Shown piece by piece: positions 62,741-64,000 of a DNA stretch of 64,000 nucleotides (the first letter of the stretch is position 1; every line of letters begins with the position of its first letter). A model generated the notes under the pieces. It saw only the letters and a program-made list of their open reading frames with translations. It made no database searches and was not told the origin of the DNA. The stretch lies in the NCBI RefSeq assembly GCF_001194135.2, contig NC_068983.1:128504600-128568599 (forward strand), written 5' to 3'. This stretch comes from Octopus bimaculoides. Taxonomy: Eukaryota. The translations under genes and the position numbers were made by a program.

Positions 62741-63602
62741 TTGAAAAAGCTAATCGTTCTGAAAAATATAGATATTTATTACTATTTCAGTAAACTTTAA
62801 CAAACGTAAAACCCTGCAGAAGATATGTACTTAAGTGTAGTTGTTGGGAGAATAAATAGACTATCGGGAAAATATCTGATGTTATCTAATCACAGCCTTT
62901 TAGGATCTGTGTAGACATTTCTTAGAACCTATCACAAAAAGGTATGTTGTTTGCATGTAGCTTGAAATGTTATAAAGCTAGACATAGCATTAATAGCTGT
63001 TTGCTAAATCATGTATTTGTAACACATTTTTTCGCCACCCATTCTGATTGAGACTAGTCACCCTGTATATTACCTCTTTATAGTTCTTGTCAACCTTTCG
63101 ATGTGGACCAAACCAAATCCCGAGCGATTTCCCTAGTCAGTCCGTCTAGTGCTTCATGACGCTTTGTGACGGCATGGCCCTGTCACTGCATGTACTGTAA
63201 TGCAGGCCCACCAACTTAATTTTTTTCCACCTACTGCTCCGTAGTTCCTCCGAGTAGCGCCGTTTACCTCGATGTGTTTCGTGTCCAAAAATCATCTGAT
63301 TGTTAAATATACAAATACGGATCTTGTAATATCTGGAGGAACAAAGAAGTATATAACCCAAATCCCTCATCAATTAAGAGAATTGCAAAAGATCATAATT
63401 ACCATAATTATTATACGCAAACAATTCTCCATGTAACTGTAAACTTAGTCAATCTGTATTTTTTCTCCCATTGATATCCATGTTTTCAATTGCGTGGATC
63501 CAGACATGACAACAACTTCAGATGCAGAAATCCTCATATCATTTGACGACTCTGGGTGCAGCTTGTATAAATGAAAGCAAAACCAAAACCTATATTAATA
63601 AT

Positions 63603-63797
63603 AATAATAGGACTTACAAATATATATAACATACAGAAAATTGCACTACTGGGTACTGCACACATTCTACGCAAAACACTTTCAATACAGTAAACATAAG
63701 AGCACCACAGCAATCCACAGCACATACCCAAGGCGCACAGAGCTGCGCTCGGTAGTGAAGTGAAAGCACGTTATAAAAATAAAACTACTGAACCATA
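63603..63797 (+). mobile_element. Severely 5'-truncated Dong-like LINE (last ~200 bp), same family as 51128-53697
   Basis: ggacttacaaatatatataacatacagaaaattgcactactggg...gaaagcacgttataaaaataaaactactgaac is near-identical to 53521-53697; flanked by (AAT)n on both sides. Confidence 0.92.
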
Positions 63798-64000
63798 ATA
63801 ATAATAATAATAATAGTAATAATAATGATAATAATAATAATTATAATTCATGATTGAATGGCTGAAAATTAAAGAAACCAGTATGAATGAACGCGACACT
63901 CTCCCCAAAATTCGCAATTCTAACCAAAACCTGAAAATAATTGGTAAAATCCGCCTTGCACTTAAGGATATAATTTCAGCTAATGATGTTGATATTACAG

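Noticed and set aside
63403-63561. NUMT explanation for in-frame TGA codons
   Set aside because: Translation with TGA=Trp resembles no mitochondrial protein I recognise.

Overview
AT-rich, repeat-dense eukaryotic draft-assembly DNA with many N gaps, most of them flanked by (CA)n, (TA)n or (TTA)n. The SINE families and microsatellite load suggest a coleoid cephalopod, probably Octopus (inference). I can support no intact protein-coding gene; most long ORFs in the track are gap or microsatellite artefacts. Recognisable content: (1) many decayed R4/Dong-clade non-LTR retrotransposons (RT + CCHC + REL endonuclease). The best preserved, at about 51128-53697, sits in a (TAA)n tract and is followed by the 5' part of a second element. 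(2) Two Tx1/L1-like LINE remnants. (3) A mariner pseudogene inserted at a TA in a LINE remnant, plus a mariner 3' fragment. (4) A fossil hAT transposase. (5) Three tRNA-derived SINE families. (6) The most interesting feature: a small non-coding repeat family carrying a Penelope-type (type I, palindromic stem III) hammerhead ribozyme motif. It occurs as inverted pairs with a consistent end asymmetry at about 20 kb, 42 kb (a ~680-bp palindrome) and 55.7 kb (collapsed), with fragments at 27.5 kb and 37.3 kb. At 20 kb it is joined to a tRNA-like Pol III head. Several weak splice-signal-bounded exon candidates, mostly on the minus strand, hint at an unidentified host gene or pseudogene. All repeat boundaries are approximate and read by eye.
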